Part shown: positions 29,272-39,890 of the stretch, piece by piece
How the letters are laid out: each line of letters starts with the position of its first letter
How positions within the stretch are numbered: the stretch's first letter is position 1
From: Candidatus Culexmicrobium cathedralense
GTDB taxonomy: Archaea; Thermoproteota; Methanomethylicia; Culexarchaeales; Culexmicrobiaceae
Reading direction: 5' to 3'
Assembly: GCA_025061115.1 (NCBI GenBank)
Contig: JANZKC010000001.1
Span: 384,001-448,000, forward strand
Length of the DNA: 64,000 bases
The notes under the pieces: generated by a model
What the model saw: the letters and a program-made list of their open reading frames with translations, nothing else
Told to the model about the DNA's origin: nothing
Database searches by the model: none
Translations under genes and position numbers: made by a program

Positions 29272-30162
29272 ATGATAATTGGAGTTGCTACTAGAAATCC
29301 AAAATCTTGGTGTTCAATACGCCTCGGAGAAGCCATCAAGAGGAAAGGCCACCAGGTAAAGTACATCAACCTTTCAAAAGTAGCAGCGAGAATAGGAGCT
29401 AATCCAACTTTAGAGTATAGGGGTTTAAACCTAGCTAAAGACATAGCGGCACTAATCGTAAGACCAATAGGAAGAGGCTCACTTGACGAGGTAATATTTA
29501 GGCTTGATCTACTTCATAGACTGGAAATGGCTGGAATACCAGTAATCAATAGCCCAAAATCAATAGAGTTGTGCGTCGACAAATACCATGCACTCATGAC
29601 GTTAAGTAAAAAAGGCTTGCCAGTCCCCAAGACAGCAGTAACCGAAGATGTGGAAAATGCGATGAAACTATTCCACGAGTTAGGTGGAGACGTAATAGTA
29701 AAACCCCTCTTTGGCTCCAGAGGCTTCGGAATAGTTAGAGTTAGCGACCCCGACATGGCATTTAGAGTTTTTAGAGCACTAGAAATCATTAGAAGCGTAA
29801 TATACATTCAAGAATTTATCCCCCATGGAACGAAGGATATAAGAGCATTCGTAATTGGAGACAATGTCATAGCCTCAATGTATAGAGAGGCAACAGGCTG
29901 GAAAACCAACATAGCTCAAGGAGCAAAACCAAAGCCAGCCAAGCTTAAAGAAGAAGTACGCGAGTTGGCAATAAAAGCCGCAAGAGCAACAGGGTGTGAA
30001 ATCGCAGGAGTAGACATACTTGAAAGCCCGAATGGCTACTATATAGTTGAAATAAATAGCATGCCAGGCTGGGAGGGACTTCAAAAGGTCTCAAAAGTAA
30101 ATATAGCTGAGGAAATAGTTAGTCATGTTTTAAATAGAGTTAAAAAATCTAAAAAACCTTAG
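29272..30162 (+). CDS. RimK-family ATP-grasp ligase, probable H4MPT:alpha-L-glutamate ligase (MptN-like)
   Basis: DKY, KPLFGSRG, QEFI, DIRAFV, WKTNIAQG, EINSMPGW; context beside mch/fwd. Confidence 0.8.
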   Translation: MIIGVATRNPKSWCSIRLGEAIKRKGHQVKYINLSKVAARIGANPTLEYRGLNLAKDIAALIVRPIGRGSLDEVIFRLDLLHRLEMAGIPVINSPKSIELCVDKYHALMTLSKKGLPVPKTAVTEDVENAMKLFHELGGDVIVKPLFGSRGFGIVRVSDPDMAFRVFRALEIIRSVIYIQEFIPHGTKDIRAFVIGDNVIASMYREATGWKTNIAQGAKPKPAKLKEEVRELAIKAARATGCEIAGVDILESPNGYYIVEINSMPGWEGLQKVSKVNIAEEIVSHVLNRVKKSKKP

Positions 30163-31546
30163 CGTACCTAGCCCATCTATAGTATGCTCCAAGTGAAGAT
30201 GCAGCTCTATCAGGAGATGGATAAGCAGGTATTCCAACATCATTTAACAACTTTAAACCCTCATTACACTCCACTCCTCCAATGAAGCTTACCATAATAG
30301 GCTTAGGAGCTCTAGACTCAACATAACTTTTAATTATGGCTTTTGCGATCATTCTTGGATCCGTTATTGCAGTATGGCAGTAAATCACCAATATTGCACC
30401 AACTCTAGGATCTTCAAGAGCAACCTTAATCGCCCCTCTATATGACTCCTCAGTTGCTTGGCCAGTTAAGTCAACAGGATTTCTCGTACTTCCAAATGGA
30501 GGCATGTGCTCTCTAAACTTATCAGCTAAGTCCTCGGGAAGATCCATCAACTTCAGCTTATACTCTTCACATGCATCTGCAGCTATAACTCCAGCGCCAC
30601 CACCATTAGTAATTACAACCACGTTTTCATTTATTGGAGGGGGCTGAAACACAATTGCTCTAGCCCAATCAAATGCCTCCTGAATGGAGCTAGCTCTCAA
30701 AACTCCAGACTGCCTAAATGCAGCACTATAAACTTCATCTGAGCCAGCCAAAGAGCCAGTGTGAGAAGCGGCTGCAATTGCACCTCTCCTAGATCTACCA
30801 GCCTTTAAAACAATTATAGGCTTAACCTTACTAACCCTCCTTGCAACCTTTAGGAAGCGCCTCCCATTCTTCAACCCTTCCATGTAAATTAATATCACCT
30901 TGGAATTTTCATCATCAACAAAGAACTCGAGCAGATCTGAATCCTCAATATCAGCTTTATTCCCAACGCTGACAACCGATGACAAACCTATTCTCTCCAG
31001 GAAAGTCCATCCCATTAAAGCTATGCCTAAAGCCCCGCTCTGAGAAATGAATGCAATGTTCCCCTTTAAAACCTTCATCGGCCCAAAGGTTGCATTCAAC
31101 TTTGAAGGAGTATAGAGAAGACCGAAAACATTTGGACCTAAAATTCGCATGCCATATCGCTTGGCAATCCTGACCAACTCTTCCTCCGCCTCGACATTAC
31201 CCACTTCTGAAAAGCCCGAACTAATGATAATTGCAACCTTCACTCCCTTTCGACCGCATTCGTCCAATGCCTTAGGGACAATGCGCGCAGGTATGGAAAT
31301 CACAGCCAAGTCAACTTCATCAGGTACATCCAGAATTGATGGATAAGCCTTTAAACCCATGATTTCATCAGCATTAGGATTTACAGGATATATTTTTCCT
31401 TCATATCCAAAACCAATGATGTTACGGAGAATTTCATGTCCAATCTTTCCAGGGCTTCTCGAGGCGCCAATGACGGCTACTGATCTAGGATAAAATAGGT
31501 ACCTTAACTGCTGTGCCACATATGTTAAGGCCGAATTGCCATTCAA
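30149..31546 (-). CDS. acdA: Acetate-CoA ligase (ADP-forming) alpha subunit
   Basis: PRSVAVIGAS, GPN, SQSGALG, ASHTGSLAG, TNGGGAG, NPVDLTG; probable TTG start at 31546 after GGAGAGG. Confidence 0.9.
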   Translation of the reverse strand: MNGNSALTYVAQQLRYLFYPRSVAVIGASRSPGKIGHEILRNIIGFGYEGKIYPVNPNADEIMGLKAYPSILDVPDEVDLAVISIPARIVPKALDECGRKGVKVAIIISSGFSEVGNVEAEEELVRIAKRYGMRILGPNVFGLLYTPSKLNATFGPMKVLKGNIAFISQSGALGIALMGWTFLERIGLSSVVSVGNKADIEDSDLLEFFVDDENSKVILIYMEGLKNGRRFLKVARRVSKVKPIIVLKAGRSRRGAIAAASHTGSLAGSDEVYSAAFRQSGVLRASSIQEAFDWARAIVFQPPPINENVVVITNGGGAGVIAADACEEYKLKLMDLPEDLADKFREHMPPFGSTRNPVDLTGQATEESYRGAIKVALEDPRVGAILVIYCHTAITDPRMIAKAIIKSYVESRAPKPIMVSFIGGVECNEGLKLLNDVGIPAYPSPDRAASSLGAYYRWARYAKVF

Positions 31547-31746
31547 ATAGAATCCTCTCCGATGAGCGTGATGATAATGTGAGTGATAAAATAAATATTT
31601 TACCTTTTTCTGAAGAATAAAAACCTCTATACTCAAGTAAAAAAAGAATTATCATAAATGAAAAGAAAACCACGAAAAACGTGCAATCTAACTTTATATA
31701 GACGACTAACAAATCACTTTATAAGCAGCAAAGCAACTGTGAGAAC

Positions 31747-33306
31747 ATGTCCATCGAGAAAGTCGTAGTTATAGATTTCGGATCCCAATACACCCACCTA
31801 ATTGCAAGAAGGGTTAGAGAATTAAGAATATACAGCGAAGTCATTCCATGTACAGCCAGCATCAAGGAAATAGAGATGCATAAGCCTAAAGCGCTCATCC
31901 TATCAGGAGGGCCCAAAAGCGTTTATGAAAAAGACGCATTAAAAATCGATAAAAGCATATTGAAATGGGCAATGGATTCGAAAATACCGGTGCTAGGAAT
32001 ATGCTATGGCCATCAACTCATAGCCTACATTCTTGGAGGAAAAGTTGAAAGAGGATTAGAGGGAGAATATGGAATAAGCCTACTCGCAGTTCACAAAGAA
32101 AATCAAATATTCGCAGGCACGCCTAAGCAGCAGAAAGTATGGATGTCCCACAGAGATCAAGTAGTAGAGCTTCCAGAAAACTTCGAAATCCTCGCCTCAA
32201 CTCAATACACTCAAATAGCTGCATACAGGTGCATCGACTCGCCAATATATGGACTTCAATTCCACCCGGAAGTTAGACACACAAAATATGGTAAAAGAAT
32301 ACTGAAAAACTTCCTATACCAGATCTGCAAGTGCAAACCTTCATGGAGGTTAAGCGACTTCATAAAGAGGAAGGTGGAGGAAATCAAGCAAATTGCAGCC
32401 AACAGCAACGTAATTATGGCTGCCAGTGGAGGAGTAGATTCGACAACAGCAGCCTACCTAATAAAGTTGGCCGTAGGAGATAGGCTACACCTAGTTTACG
32501 TCAACACTGGATTAATGCGGGAAGGCGAAGGCGAAAGCGTAATAAGGACGCTCAAGAAGCTGGGCTTCAAAAATGTGCACTACATCGAAGCAGAGAAAAT
32601 CTTCCTAGAAAAATTAAGGGGAGTCATAGACCCAGAAATGAAAAGGAGAATTATCGCTAAAACGTTTATCGAACTATTTGAGGAAAAAGCTAGAGAACTC
32701 GAAAAACAATATGGGAAATTCGAGTTTCTAGGTCAAGGAACCATATACCCCGACAGAATAGAAAGCGGGCAAGCCAGTCCTCTTGCAGATAGAATAAAAA
32801 GCCACCACAACGTCGTACTTCCAAAAGGAATGAAATTGAAGCTAATCGAACCAATAGCAGACCTATATAAAGATGAAGTTAAAAGACTCGCCTTAAAACT
32901 TGGGCTTCCAAGAGAAGTAGTTAAAAGACACCCCTTCCCAGGCCCAGGATTAGCAATAAGAATCATCGGGGAAGTTACCAAAGATAAGTTGAAGATATTA
33001 AGAGAAGCAGATAAAATTGTTGAAGAAGAAATGAAGAAAAGCGGATGGTACTGGAAAGTCTGGCAGGCGTTTCCAGCGCTTCTCTCAATAAAAACCGTGG
33101 GAGTCATGGGAGACCAAAGAGCCTACGAATATGCAATTGCACTGAGAGTCGTATGGAGCGAAGATGGAATGACGGCCGACTTCGTCAAGCTACCCTGGAA
33201 GCTACTTGAAAGAATAGCAAGTAGAATAGTTAATGAAGTCGAAGGAGTAAATAGGGTACTCTACGACGTAACTAATAAACCGCCATCAACAATAGAATAC
33301 GAGTAA
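31747..33306 (+). CDS. guaA: GMP synthase (glutamine-hydrolysing, fused)
   Basis: DFGSQY, GICYGHQ, QFHPEV, SGGVDS, KSHHNV, KPPSTIEYE. Confidence 0.97.
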   Translation: MSIEKVVVIDFGSQYTHLIARRVRELRIYSEVIPCTASIKEIEMHKPKALILSGGPKSVYEKDALKIDKSILKWAMDSKIPVLGICYGHQLIAYILGGKVERGLEGEYGISLLAVHKENQIFAGTPKQQKVWMSHRDQVVELPENFEILASTQYTQIAAYRCIDSPIYGLQFHPEVRHTKYGKRILKNFLYQICKCKPSWRLSDFIKRKVEEIKQIAANSNVIMAASGGVDSTTAAYLIKLAVGDRLHLVYVNTGLMREGEGESVIRTLKKLGFKNVHYIEAEKIFLEKLRGVIDPEMKRRIIAKTFIELFEEKARELEKQYGKFEFLGQGTIYPDRIESGQASPLADRIKSHHNVVLPKGMKLKLIEPIADLYKDEVKRLALKLGLPREVVKRHPFPGPGLAIRIIGEVTKDKLKILREADKIVEEEMKKSGWYWKVWQAFPALLSIKTVGVMGDQRAYEYAIALRVVWSEDGMTADFVKLPWKLLERIASRIVNEVEGVNRVLYDVTNKPPSTIEYE

Positions 33307-33369
33307 CAACAAATCATCAGCAACAAGAATTTTAAGTAAAAACATAGCGTAATTGCAAGCGGTGAAACC

Positions 33370-34137
33370 ATGATTCCAACGGGAGCCGCACCACCCAGAA
33401 GAACACCAGTAATAACTTGGACACTAATATCTTTAAACGTAATAATATTCTTCTACCTAATCTTTAAAGGCGGAAGAGCATTTGAAATTGCAACCATGAA
33501 GTACGGCATGATACCATCTCAAATACTCAATGGAAAAAAGCTCTACACCATAATCACATCAATGTTCCTTCATGGAGACGTCTTTCACTTACTTGGAAAC
33601 ATGATATACCTCCACGTCTTTGGAAGCGGAGTAGAATCTAGAATGGGAAGAATCAAGTTCATAATATTTTACTTCGCCAGCGGAATATGCGCATCACTAG
33701 TCCACATAATAATTCAAGTGCTATTCGCATATCCAATAATCATCTACGGCCCATATCACATACCAATAAAGGTTGTAAATCCACTTAACATCCCATGCAT
33801 TGGAGCTAGCGGAGCAATATCTGGAGTGCTCGGAGCATACCTCTTAATGTTTCCATACTCGAAAGTAAGCATAATGACTTACACCATCTTCGGACTTCCC
33901 ATAGTGATTTCACTTCCTGCAGTGATGTTCATTGGATTTTGGTTCCTATATCAGCTCTACATGGGATTTCTAAGTCTAGCAGCGCCATTCATCTACTACT
34001 CGGGCGTAGCATTCTGGGCGCACATTGGGGGATTCATAAGCGGAATGATGCTATGCCTAATTCTCGGGCGCCAAGCTAGAAGGAGAAGGATAATATACTA
34101 CAGAGGTAGAAGGTGGTACGAAGTACCAGTAAGCTAA
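33370..34137 (+). CDS. Rhomboid intramembrane serine protease
   Basis: HLLGNM, GASGAISG, AHIGG. Confidence 0.92.
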   Translation: MIPTGAAPPRRTPVITWTLISLNVIIFFYLIFKGGRAFEIATMKYGMIPSQILNGKKLYTIITSMFLHGDVFHLLGNMIYLHVFGSGVESRMGRIKFIIFYFASGICASLVHIIIQVLFAYPIIIYGPYHIPIKVVNPLNIPCIGASGAISGVLGAYLLMFPYSKVSIMTYTIFGLPIVISLPAVMFIGFWFLYQLYMGFLSLAAPFIYYSGVAFWAHIGGFISGMMLCLILGRQARRRRIIYYRGRRWYEVPVS

Positions 34138-34760
34138 TCTTCAACATAACCCCTATACTTCTCAAATATTGTTGGAGCAACCTTTAAAACCTCCTTGAGC
34201 ATAAGCTTAGCCATCATTCTAATTTCCCACTGCGCATCTTTGGCCAACCTCAAGCTGAAGAAGTGGAGGAGCTCCCTAGCATTCATGGTAACTACAATTG
34301 AAGTCTCAATGGCTTGGGGTATAAGGTATCTAGCATCCTCCCTAGGAATACCAAGCTTCAATAGAGTTTCATACCCTCGCTTAGCCGCCTCAATCACTTC
34401 ATCGAAAATCCGCTTGGCCTTATCATTCACCTCTATTGAAGGTGGAACAACGTAGTTTGCATCCACAAGACTAATAGCCCTCTGACTCTGCTGACTATAA
34501 GAAGCAATTCTATGCCTCACGAGCTGATGCGAAGTCACCCTCGAAATACCTTCAATTAAAAAGGTAAAGGAAGCATGTTCAATGGGGCTTAGATGACCCA
34601 TTTTAATGCAGTGCCTAATCAGCCTCTTAATATCATTGTCGCCTAACTCCCGATAAATTTGATCTGCACCTTTACTGCTTCTGCATTGCCTAATAGCAGC
34701 GGCAACAACTCTCTCAGGCTCAGGAGTGTAAGCAAGCAAGACGACTCGCATCAAGTCCAC
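34134..34760 (-). CDS. thyX: FAD-dependent thymidylate synthase
   Basis: GHLSPIEH, RHRIASYSQQSQR, EDARY, AQWEIR. Confidence 0.95.
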   Translation of the reverse strand: MDLMRVVLLAYTPEPERVVAAAIRQCRSSKGADQIYRELGDNDIKRLIRHCIKMGHLSPIEHASFTFLIEGISRVTSHQLVRHRIASYSQQSQRAISLVDANYVVPPSIEVNDKAKRIFDEVIEAAKRGYETLLKLGIPREDARYLIPQAIETSIVVTMNARELLHFFSLRLAKDAQWEIRMMAKLMLKEVLKVAPTIFEKYRGYVED

Positions 34761-34814
34761 CGAGAATACTTACATCAGAAAAAACTTAACATTAACGAAT
34801 CATTATTTGTTTGT

Positions 34815-35054
34815 GTGAAAAAAGTCAAAGTCAAGATAAAAGCCGAAAACTGCCTAGGATGCGCAGGATGCATAATACTAGCACCAAAGCTATTCGAATA
34901 CGATGAGAAAGCCAAAGCTAGAATCAAAAAAGCCTATAGAGCCGACGAAAATGAAAGGATAGGCGTCATCTCAGACGAAGACCTCATAAAGCTCGTCAAG
35001 CAGATAGCATCCCTATGCCCGACATACTCAATCGAAATTGAGGAGCAAAACTAA
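34815..35054 (+). CDS. Single-cluster ferredoxin
   Basis: CLGCAGC...CP; GTG start at 34815. Confidence 0.8.
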   Translation: MKKVKVKIKAENCLGCAGCIILAPKLFEYDEKAKARIKKAYRADENERIGVISDEDLIKLVKQIASLCPTYSIEIEEQN

Positions 35055-35108
35055 AGCAATATAAAGCATTTTGTGCTCACACAAACAAGGGAATTGGAGG
35101 ATATTGAT

Positions 35109-36404
35109 GTGGCGACCCAGCTGATAAGTGCTCGAAATGGAAAGATAAGTGAAGAAGTGAAAAAGGTAGCTAAAATAGAGGGAATTGAAGCAGAAAAAAT
35201 AGCTAGAAGAGTTGCTAGAGGATTAATAATTATTCCTAAAAACGTCAAAAGAGAAAACATAAAGATTGTTGGAGTAGGACTTGGCCTCAAAACCAAGGTT
35301 AATGTGAATATAGGAACCTCAACATTTCAAGCTGACATAAATATGGAAATCGAGAAAGCCAAGATAGCCATCAAATATGGAACAGACACAATTATGGACT
35401 TAAGCACAGGAGGAGATCTAAACGCCATCAGAAGAAAGCTCATGGAAGTAGCTCCAGTCCCATTCGGTACAGTTCCAATATATCAAGCATTCATAGAAGC
35501 AACAAGAAAAAGGGGAGCAGGAATATACATGAATGAAGACGACATATTCGATACCATTGAACTTCACATGAAAGACGGCGTGGACTTCATGACAATCCAC
35601 GCAGGAATAACAAAAGAAATAGCTAAAAAGACGGTAAAAAGCAATAGGGTTGCAGGAATAGTTAGTAGAGGAGGAGCAATACTAACTGCATGGATGCTAT
35701 ACAACGATAAGGAAAATCCACTATACAAAAACTACGACTACCTATTAGAGCTATGCAGAGAGTATGACGTAGTAATAAGCTTAGGAGACGCCCTAAGACC
35801 CGGAGCAATAACAGACGCACACGACTACCCTCAAATGGCTGAAATGCTTACAGTAGCCAAGCTTGTTGAAAAATCCTGGGAAAAAGGAGTACAAGTCATG
35901 GTGGAAGGCCCAGGCCATGTACCTCTCAATCAAGTTGCAGCAAACATCAAGCTAGAAAAAGCATTATGCAAAGGAGCGCCATACTACGTCCTCGGACCAC
36001 TAGTAACAGATATAGCTGCAGGCTACGACCACATTGCAGCTGCAATTGGAGCAGCCATGGCGGCAGCTGAGGGCGCAGACCTAATATGCTACCTAACACC
36101 CGCGGAACACCTATCACTCCCAACCCCCGAAGACGTAAAAGAAGGACTAATTGCAGCTAAAATAGCTGCCCACGCAGGAGACATAGTTAAATTAGGGGAA
36201 AGAGCATTAAAAGAGGACCTCGAAATGTCAACTGCGAGAGCAAATCTAGACTGGAACAAAATTTACAAATTATCCCTAGACCCTACAAAGGCCAGATCAA
36301 TGCACGAGCGATTCGGCCTGGCCAAGGGAGCATGTACGATGTGCGGAGAGCTCTGCGTATACATACTCTTATCAAAGCTTAAGGGTGAGCGTCTTGAAAG
36401 CTAA
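35109..36404 (+). CDS. thiC: Phosphomethylpyrimidine synthase
   Basis: [38 protein letters not shown]; GTG 35109 after GGAGG. Confidence 0.95.
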   Translation: MATQLISARNGKISEEVKKVAKIEGIEAEKIARRVARGLIIIPKNVKRENIKIVGVGLGLKTKVNVNIGTSTFQADINMEIEKAKIAIKYGTDTIMDLSTGGDLNAIRRKLMEVAPVPFGTVPIYQAFIEATRKRGAGIYMNEDDIFDTIELHMKDGVDFMTIHAGITKEIAKKTVKSNRVAGIVSRGGAILTAWMLYNDKENPLYKNYDYLLELCREYDVVISLGDALRPGAITDAHDYPQMAEMLTVAKLVEKSWEKGVQVMVEGPGHVPLNQVAANIKLEKALCKGAPYYVLGPLVTDIAAGYDHIAAAIGAAMAAAEGADLICYLTPAEHLSLPTPEDVKEGLIAAKIAAHAGDIVKLGERALKEDLEMSTARANLDWNKIYKLSLDPTKARSMHERFGLAKGACTMCGELCVYILLSKLKGERLES

Positions 36405-36873
36405 GTTAATGAGAATTTGGGTTAAAACACCCATACTAAAAAATTCAGACCTGCTAATTATCGGCGAGTGCACTCAAGTAGTAAACCCGAAGGCAGTTGA
36501 AGAGCTAGGCGAAGGAAAGGTCATCCTAACATACTGCCCTGAAGGAGAAGGAGCGCTAGCCTATGGAAAAATCGCATCAATAATTAGAGCTTCAAAGCCC
36601 TCCAGCATAACTGTCCTAACAGTAGACGGATCACCTCACTGCCTACTAATACATGCAGCAGTTAACGAAGCAATATTCGAAGTAGGCGAAAAAGTTGAAC
36701 AGCACCACTACGTGTTAGTCAATGGGAAGAAGCTAGTTAAAGTAAGTCCAGACGCAATAAGAGTAGCCAGGTATCTAAGCTTAGTCCAAAAACTAATCAA
36801 TGAAAAACCCGAAATTCTCACTGAACTAGAAAAATTAAGCCTAGAGTACAAGTACTATAAAAGGCTGAAGTAA
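36385..36873 (+). CDS. Conserved hypothetical, probable Fe-S-binding protein
   Basis: LLIIGEC, YCPE and VDGSPHC Cys motifs; overlaps the thiC stop. Confidence 0.6.
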   Translation: MSVLKAKLMRIWVKTPILKNSDLLIIGECTQVVNPKAVEELGEGKVILTYCPEGEGALAYGKIASIIRASKPSSITVLTVDGSPHCLLIHAAVNEAIFEVGEKVEQHHYVLVNGKKLVKVSPDAIRVARYLSLVQKLINEKPEILTELEKLSLEYKYYKRLK

Positions 36874-36930
36874 GTGAACGGGCAAAACCCAATAGGGTAG
36901 AAGCTGGCAGTGCATAAGCAATCATCAAAA

Positions 36931-37611
36931 CTAAGATTCCACAAACACCTCAACCTCAACTTCATCTCCATCTTTCAATTTCAATTCATCCCTAAGCTTC
37001 TTAGACGAAATAACCTCTATAACATCCTCCCCATAATGAGTTCGCTCAATCAAGATAACAGCGCCATCAACTCCACGTATTTTAGCCTTAAAGCATTTAG
37101 CTCCACCATAAGTTCTACGCCCATTTGAAAAGCCCTTAATTTTAATTCCAGGAAGGCTACTCAGCAGCTTTTTAACCTCAAGATCATGAATACCCTTCAA
37201 CTTCAAATTCAAAGTTCCTAAATATGGCTTAAACCCAAGCTTCTTCACAAACTGCTCATAGTAATATGGAATTGACATGTAGTAAGCTCCTTCACCAAAA
37301 CCACTAAAAACATAACCCCTAACCCTAAATGACCTCGGAACTTCGGAAAACACTCTCTTCAAATTCATGTAGACTTCACGAAGAACTTTCAAACCTTCAT
37401 CAGTTATCCTCACAAATTGCCCACGCTTAGAAACCTCCCTATCAATCAACTTTAATTCCTCAAGCTCCTTAAGCCACCTTGAAGCAGACTGTTGAGAAAT
37501 ACCCATAAGCTTACCAAAATCCTTCGTTACAATGAAAACCGGCTTCCAGCAACCTCCTAGCAAGGCAAGCCTATAAAGAGCAATAAAAAGCCTTTCCTTC
37601 AACATCAACAC
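36931..37611 (-). CDS. ribK: CTP-dependent riboflavin kinase with N-terminal HTH (RbkR-type)
   Basis: SQQSASR wHTH; SGFGEGAYY, PYLGTLN, RTHY, LRDELKLKDGD. Confidence 0.9.
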   Translation of the reverse strand: MLMLKERLFIALYRLALLGGCWKPVFIVTKDFGKLMGISQQSASRWLKELEELKLIDREVSKRGQFVRITDEGLKVLREVYMNLKRVFSEVPRSFRVRGYVFSGFGEGAYYMSIPYYYEQFVKKLGFKPYLGTLNLKLKGIHDLEVKKLLSSLPGIKIKGFSNGRRTYGGAKCFKAKIRGVDGAVILIERTHYGEDVIEVISSKKLRDELKLKDGDEVEVEVFVES

Positions 37612-37664
37612 CTACAATGATCGCTCTCAAAATTTAGTTTTATGGTTGAATTTAAAACCATACT

Positions 37665-38891
37665 TCACTCAGCCTTCACCTCAGGCTCCTCAACGAAAAG
37701 AAAAGTCAGCATTGAAGCAAAAATCAAGGAAAAGAAGGCCAAGTAAAATGGATAAGATTTTGAAATATTTTGATAGGTGTAACCGCCAACTATAGACCCA
37801 AGCATAAAAGCTACTTGATTTAATGTACCTTGAAAAGCAGCAGCCCTACCTCTCATGTCTCTAGGAATAAAGTCGGTAAGAAGAGCAGACAGCGTTATTG
37901 AAGACACACCTATGCAAACCGCATAAAGCATAAGCGAAATAATTGTCTGCTCAAAAGAGCTACTTAAAGTGAAAAACACTGGTGCAAAAGCAGAAATGAA
38001 AAGCGAAGAAATCAGAAGCTTAACTCTTCCAAATCTATCAGAAACATATGCTAAAATAGGTGTCAACGTCAACTTTGAAGCAGTTTGAATTATTAAAATT
38101 AAACCCCACTGAGCGGCAGTTAAACCAATAACATCTCTAGTAGCATACGTAATCCAAAACGGGTCAGCTAACCCAAAAACAAGATAAGACAAAGCGGAAA
38201 CAGCAAAAAGAGTTAAAATTTTACCAGGAAACTTCAAGACTATAAGCAGTCCATCACGTATGATGGACGTCAACGCCATCCTCTTAACGCCACTTGAAAT
38301 AAGCGTCTCCTTTAAGAAAAAAAGCCTCAAAAGACATGCAGTAAATGAAAAGACGAATAAAATTAAGTAAAGCAACCTCATCGAGGCAACGATTCCCATT
38401 TCATCCAAAAGTCTACCAGCAATGTATGGTGAAAACATTCCAAATAGAACTGGCCCGAAATTCCAAATCGCAAAACCCAAAGCCCTAACTTCAGGCTTCG
38501 TCGAATCCGCAATTATAGCTGAAAAAGCAGGATCTCTCAATCCTGAAATAAAACCATCCAAAGCCATTATTGGAATCAAATACTCCCAACTTGGAACTAC
38601 AGCCAAAAACAAATTTATAAGCGAAAGCCCAAAACTGAGCGACACCACAAGCTTCTTCCTTCCAAATCTATCAGTCATGTAGCCTCCAATAATAAGCGGA
38701 AACACACTACATGCACTCCAAATAGCAGACAATAATCCAAGATCAAGATAAGAAGCCCCCAAAGCCAAGTAGTATAAAGATGAAAATGGCCAAACCATTT
38801 GTCCAGCAAAATTCCAAAGACCACTGGTAATAGTCATTAATCCCAAATTACCTCTCAACAGTGAAATGGCGCTTCTAAGCCTCCGTAACAT
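37665..38891 (-). CDS. MFS transporter
   Basis: GYMTDRFGRK, SDRFGR, about 12 TM; probable ATG at 38891. Confidence 0.85.
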   Translation of the reverse strand: MLRRLRSAISLLRGNLGLMTITSGLWNFAGQMVWPFSSLYYLALGASYLDLGLLSAIWSACSVFPLIIGGYMTDRFGRKKLVVSLSFGLSLINLFLAVVPSWEYLIPIMALDGFISGLRDPAFSAIIADSTKPEVRALGFAIWNFGPVLFGMFSPYIAGRLLDEMGIVASMRLLYLILFVFSFTACLLRLFFLKETLISSGVKRMALTSIIRDGLLIVLKFPGKILTLFAVSALSYLVFGLADPFWITYATRDVIGLTAAQWGLILIIQTASKLTLTPILAYVSDRFGRVKLLISSLFISAFAPVFFTLSSSFEQTIISLMLYAVCIGVSSITLSALLTDFIPRDMRGRAAAFQGTLNQVAFMLGSIVGGYTYQNISKSYPFYLAFFSLIFASMLTFLFVEEPEVKAE

Positions 38892-39354
38892 CACCGACTC
38901 TCCCGTACATAGATTAAAATACGTGTTAGTCATGATCTGATAAGCGTTACGGTTACGCGATGCCTTTAATCCAAAATCAAAATAACAAGAACCACACCAT
39001 CTCATCGAGAAAATATCCTTTTAAATATAAGAAACAATAAATGAAATTTAAGGTCTTCTTTAAATCCCTAACTTTAAAAATTAGAATATCTAATTAAAGT
39101 AAATTACAAATCTCAGAATAATTACAATAATATTATCAGCAATTATAACAATGCCTATTGGCACTGGATACCATTTTTCTGCAATCATAGCTATGCTAAC
39201 AATGTTAATAGCAATGCGGCTAAACGCTCAATCAAACGCGCACTGGTAATTCTTGCGTAATATTCAATTGAATATATTAAGTTCATTGGAATCAAAAATA
39301 AATAGGTAAAAGTTCCTTCAACACTCATCCATTCAATTAAATGGTAAGAACTGT

Positions 39355-39449
39355 TGGTAGCCGGGGGGAGATTCGAACTCCCGTCGGCGGGGCTCTCCGG
39401 CTTTGAAGCCTCCAGAGCCCGCCATGCTTGGCCGCTACACCACCCGGCT
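39355..39449 (-). tRNA. tRNA-Gln(CTG) with a 19-nt intron at 37/38 (39393-39411) and encoded CCA
   Basis: Cloverleaf AGCCGGG/CCCGGCT-ACCA, T-loop GGGAG-TTCGAAT-CTCCC, anticodon CTG, bulge-helix-bulge around the intron; upstream AAAAAATTTATA BRE/TATA. Confidence 0.95.
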
Positions 39450-39562
39450 TCAATATGATTGATGGCTAAGGGTGCAGTATAAATTTTTTGACTCGAAAAC
39501 AGAAATACTATTGATAACTAAGTCTTACTCCTAAAATTAAGGTAAAGAAAGAGTGCGTAGGC

Positions 39563-39883
39563 TTACCAAGTTATTAGGTTGTTTTCTGCCAGCGTTGTTA
39601 ATATTGCATAGACAATTGCTTCCATTCGATCTGCAGGTATTTCTGTTTGTTGGCTGAGTTGTACAGCCATTTTCTTTACTGTTGTTTCGCCATTGCACCT
39701 TGACCATATAGCGTATATTGCTGGTGGAAGCTGATATGTAAACTCTGTTCCTGGCACGTGAATGAGCACTCCTTGAGGAGTAACTCCTAATTCTTCACCT
39801 TGCCTTAACGGTGTTTTCTCAAGCTCTTCTGGAGAAGGCTGAGGAAGCTCAGGCATCGATTTTTCAGGTTCACTCATGCACAC
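39563..39883 (-). CDS. PqqD-like (RRE/winged-helix) small protein
   Basis: YQL...YAIWSRCNGETTVKKMA.QL......V..IL..LAENNLI fits the PqqD pattern. Confidence 0.65.
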   Translation of the reverse strand: MCMSEPEKSMPELPQPSPEELEKTPLRQGEELGVTPQGVLIHVPGTEFTYQLPPAIYAIWSRCNGETTVKKMAVQLSQQTEIPADRMEAIVYAILTTLAENNLITW

Positions 39884-39890
39884 AATCCTC

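Noticed and set aside
39005-39350. Possible integrated element or small gene after tRNA-Gln
   Set aside because: No integrase, no duplicated tRNA 3' end, and only short interrupted frames.
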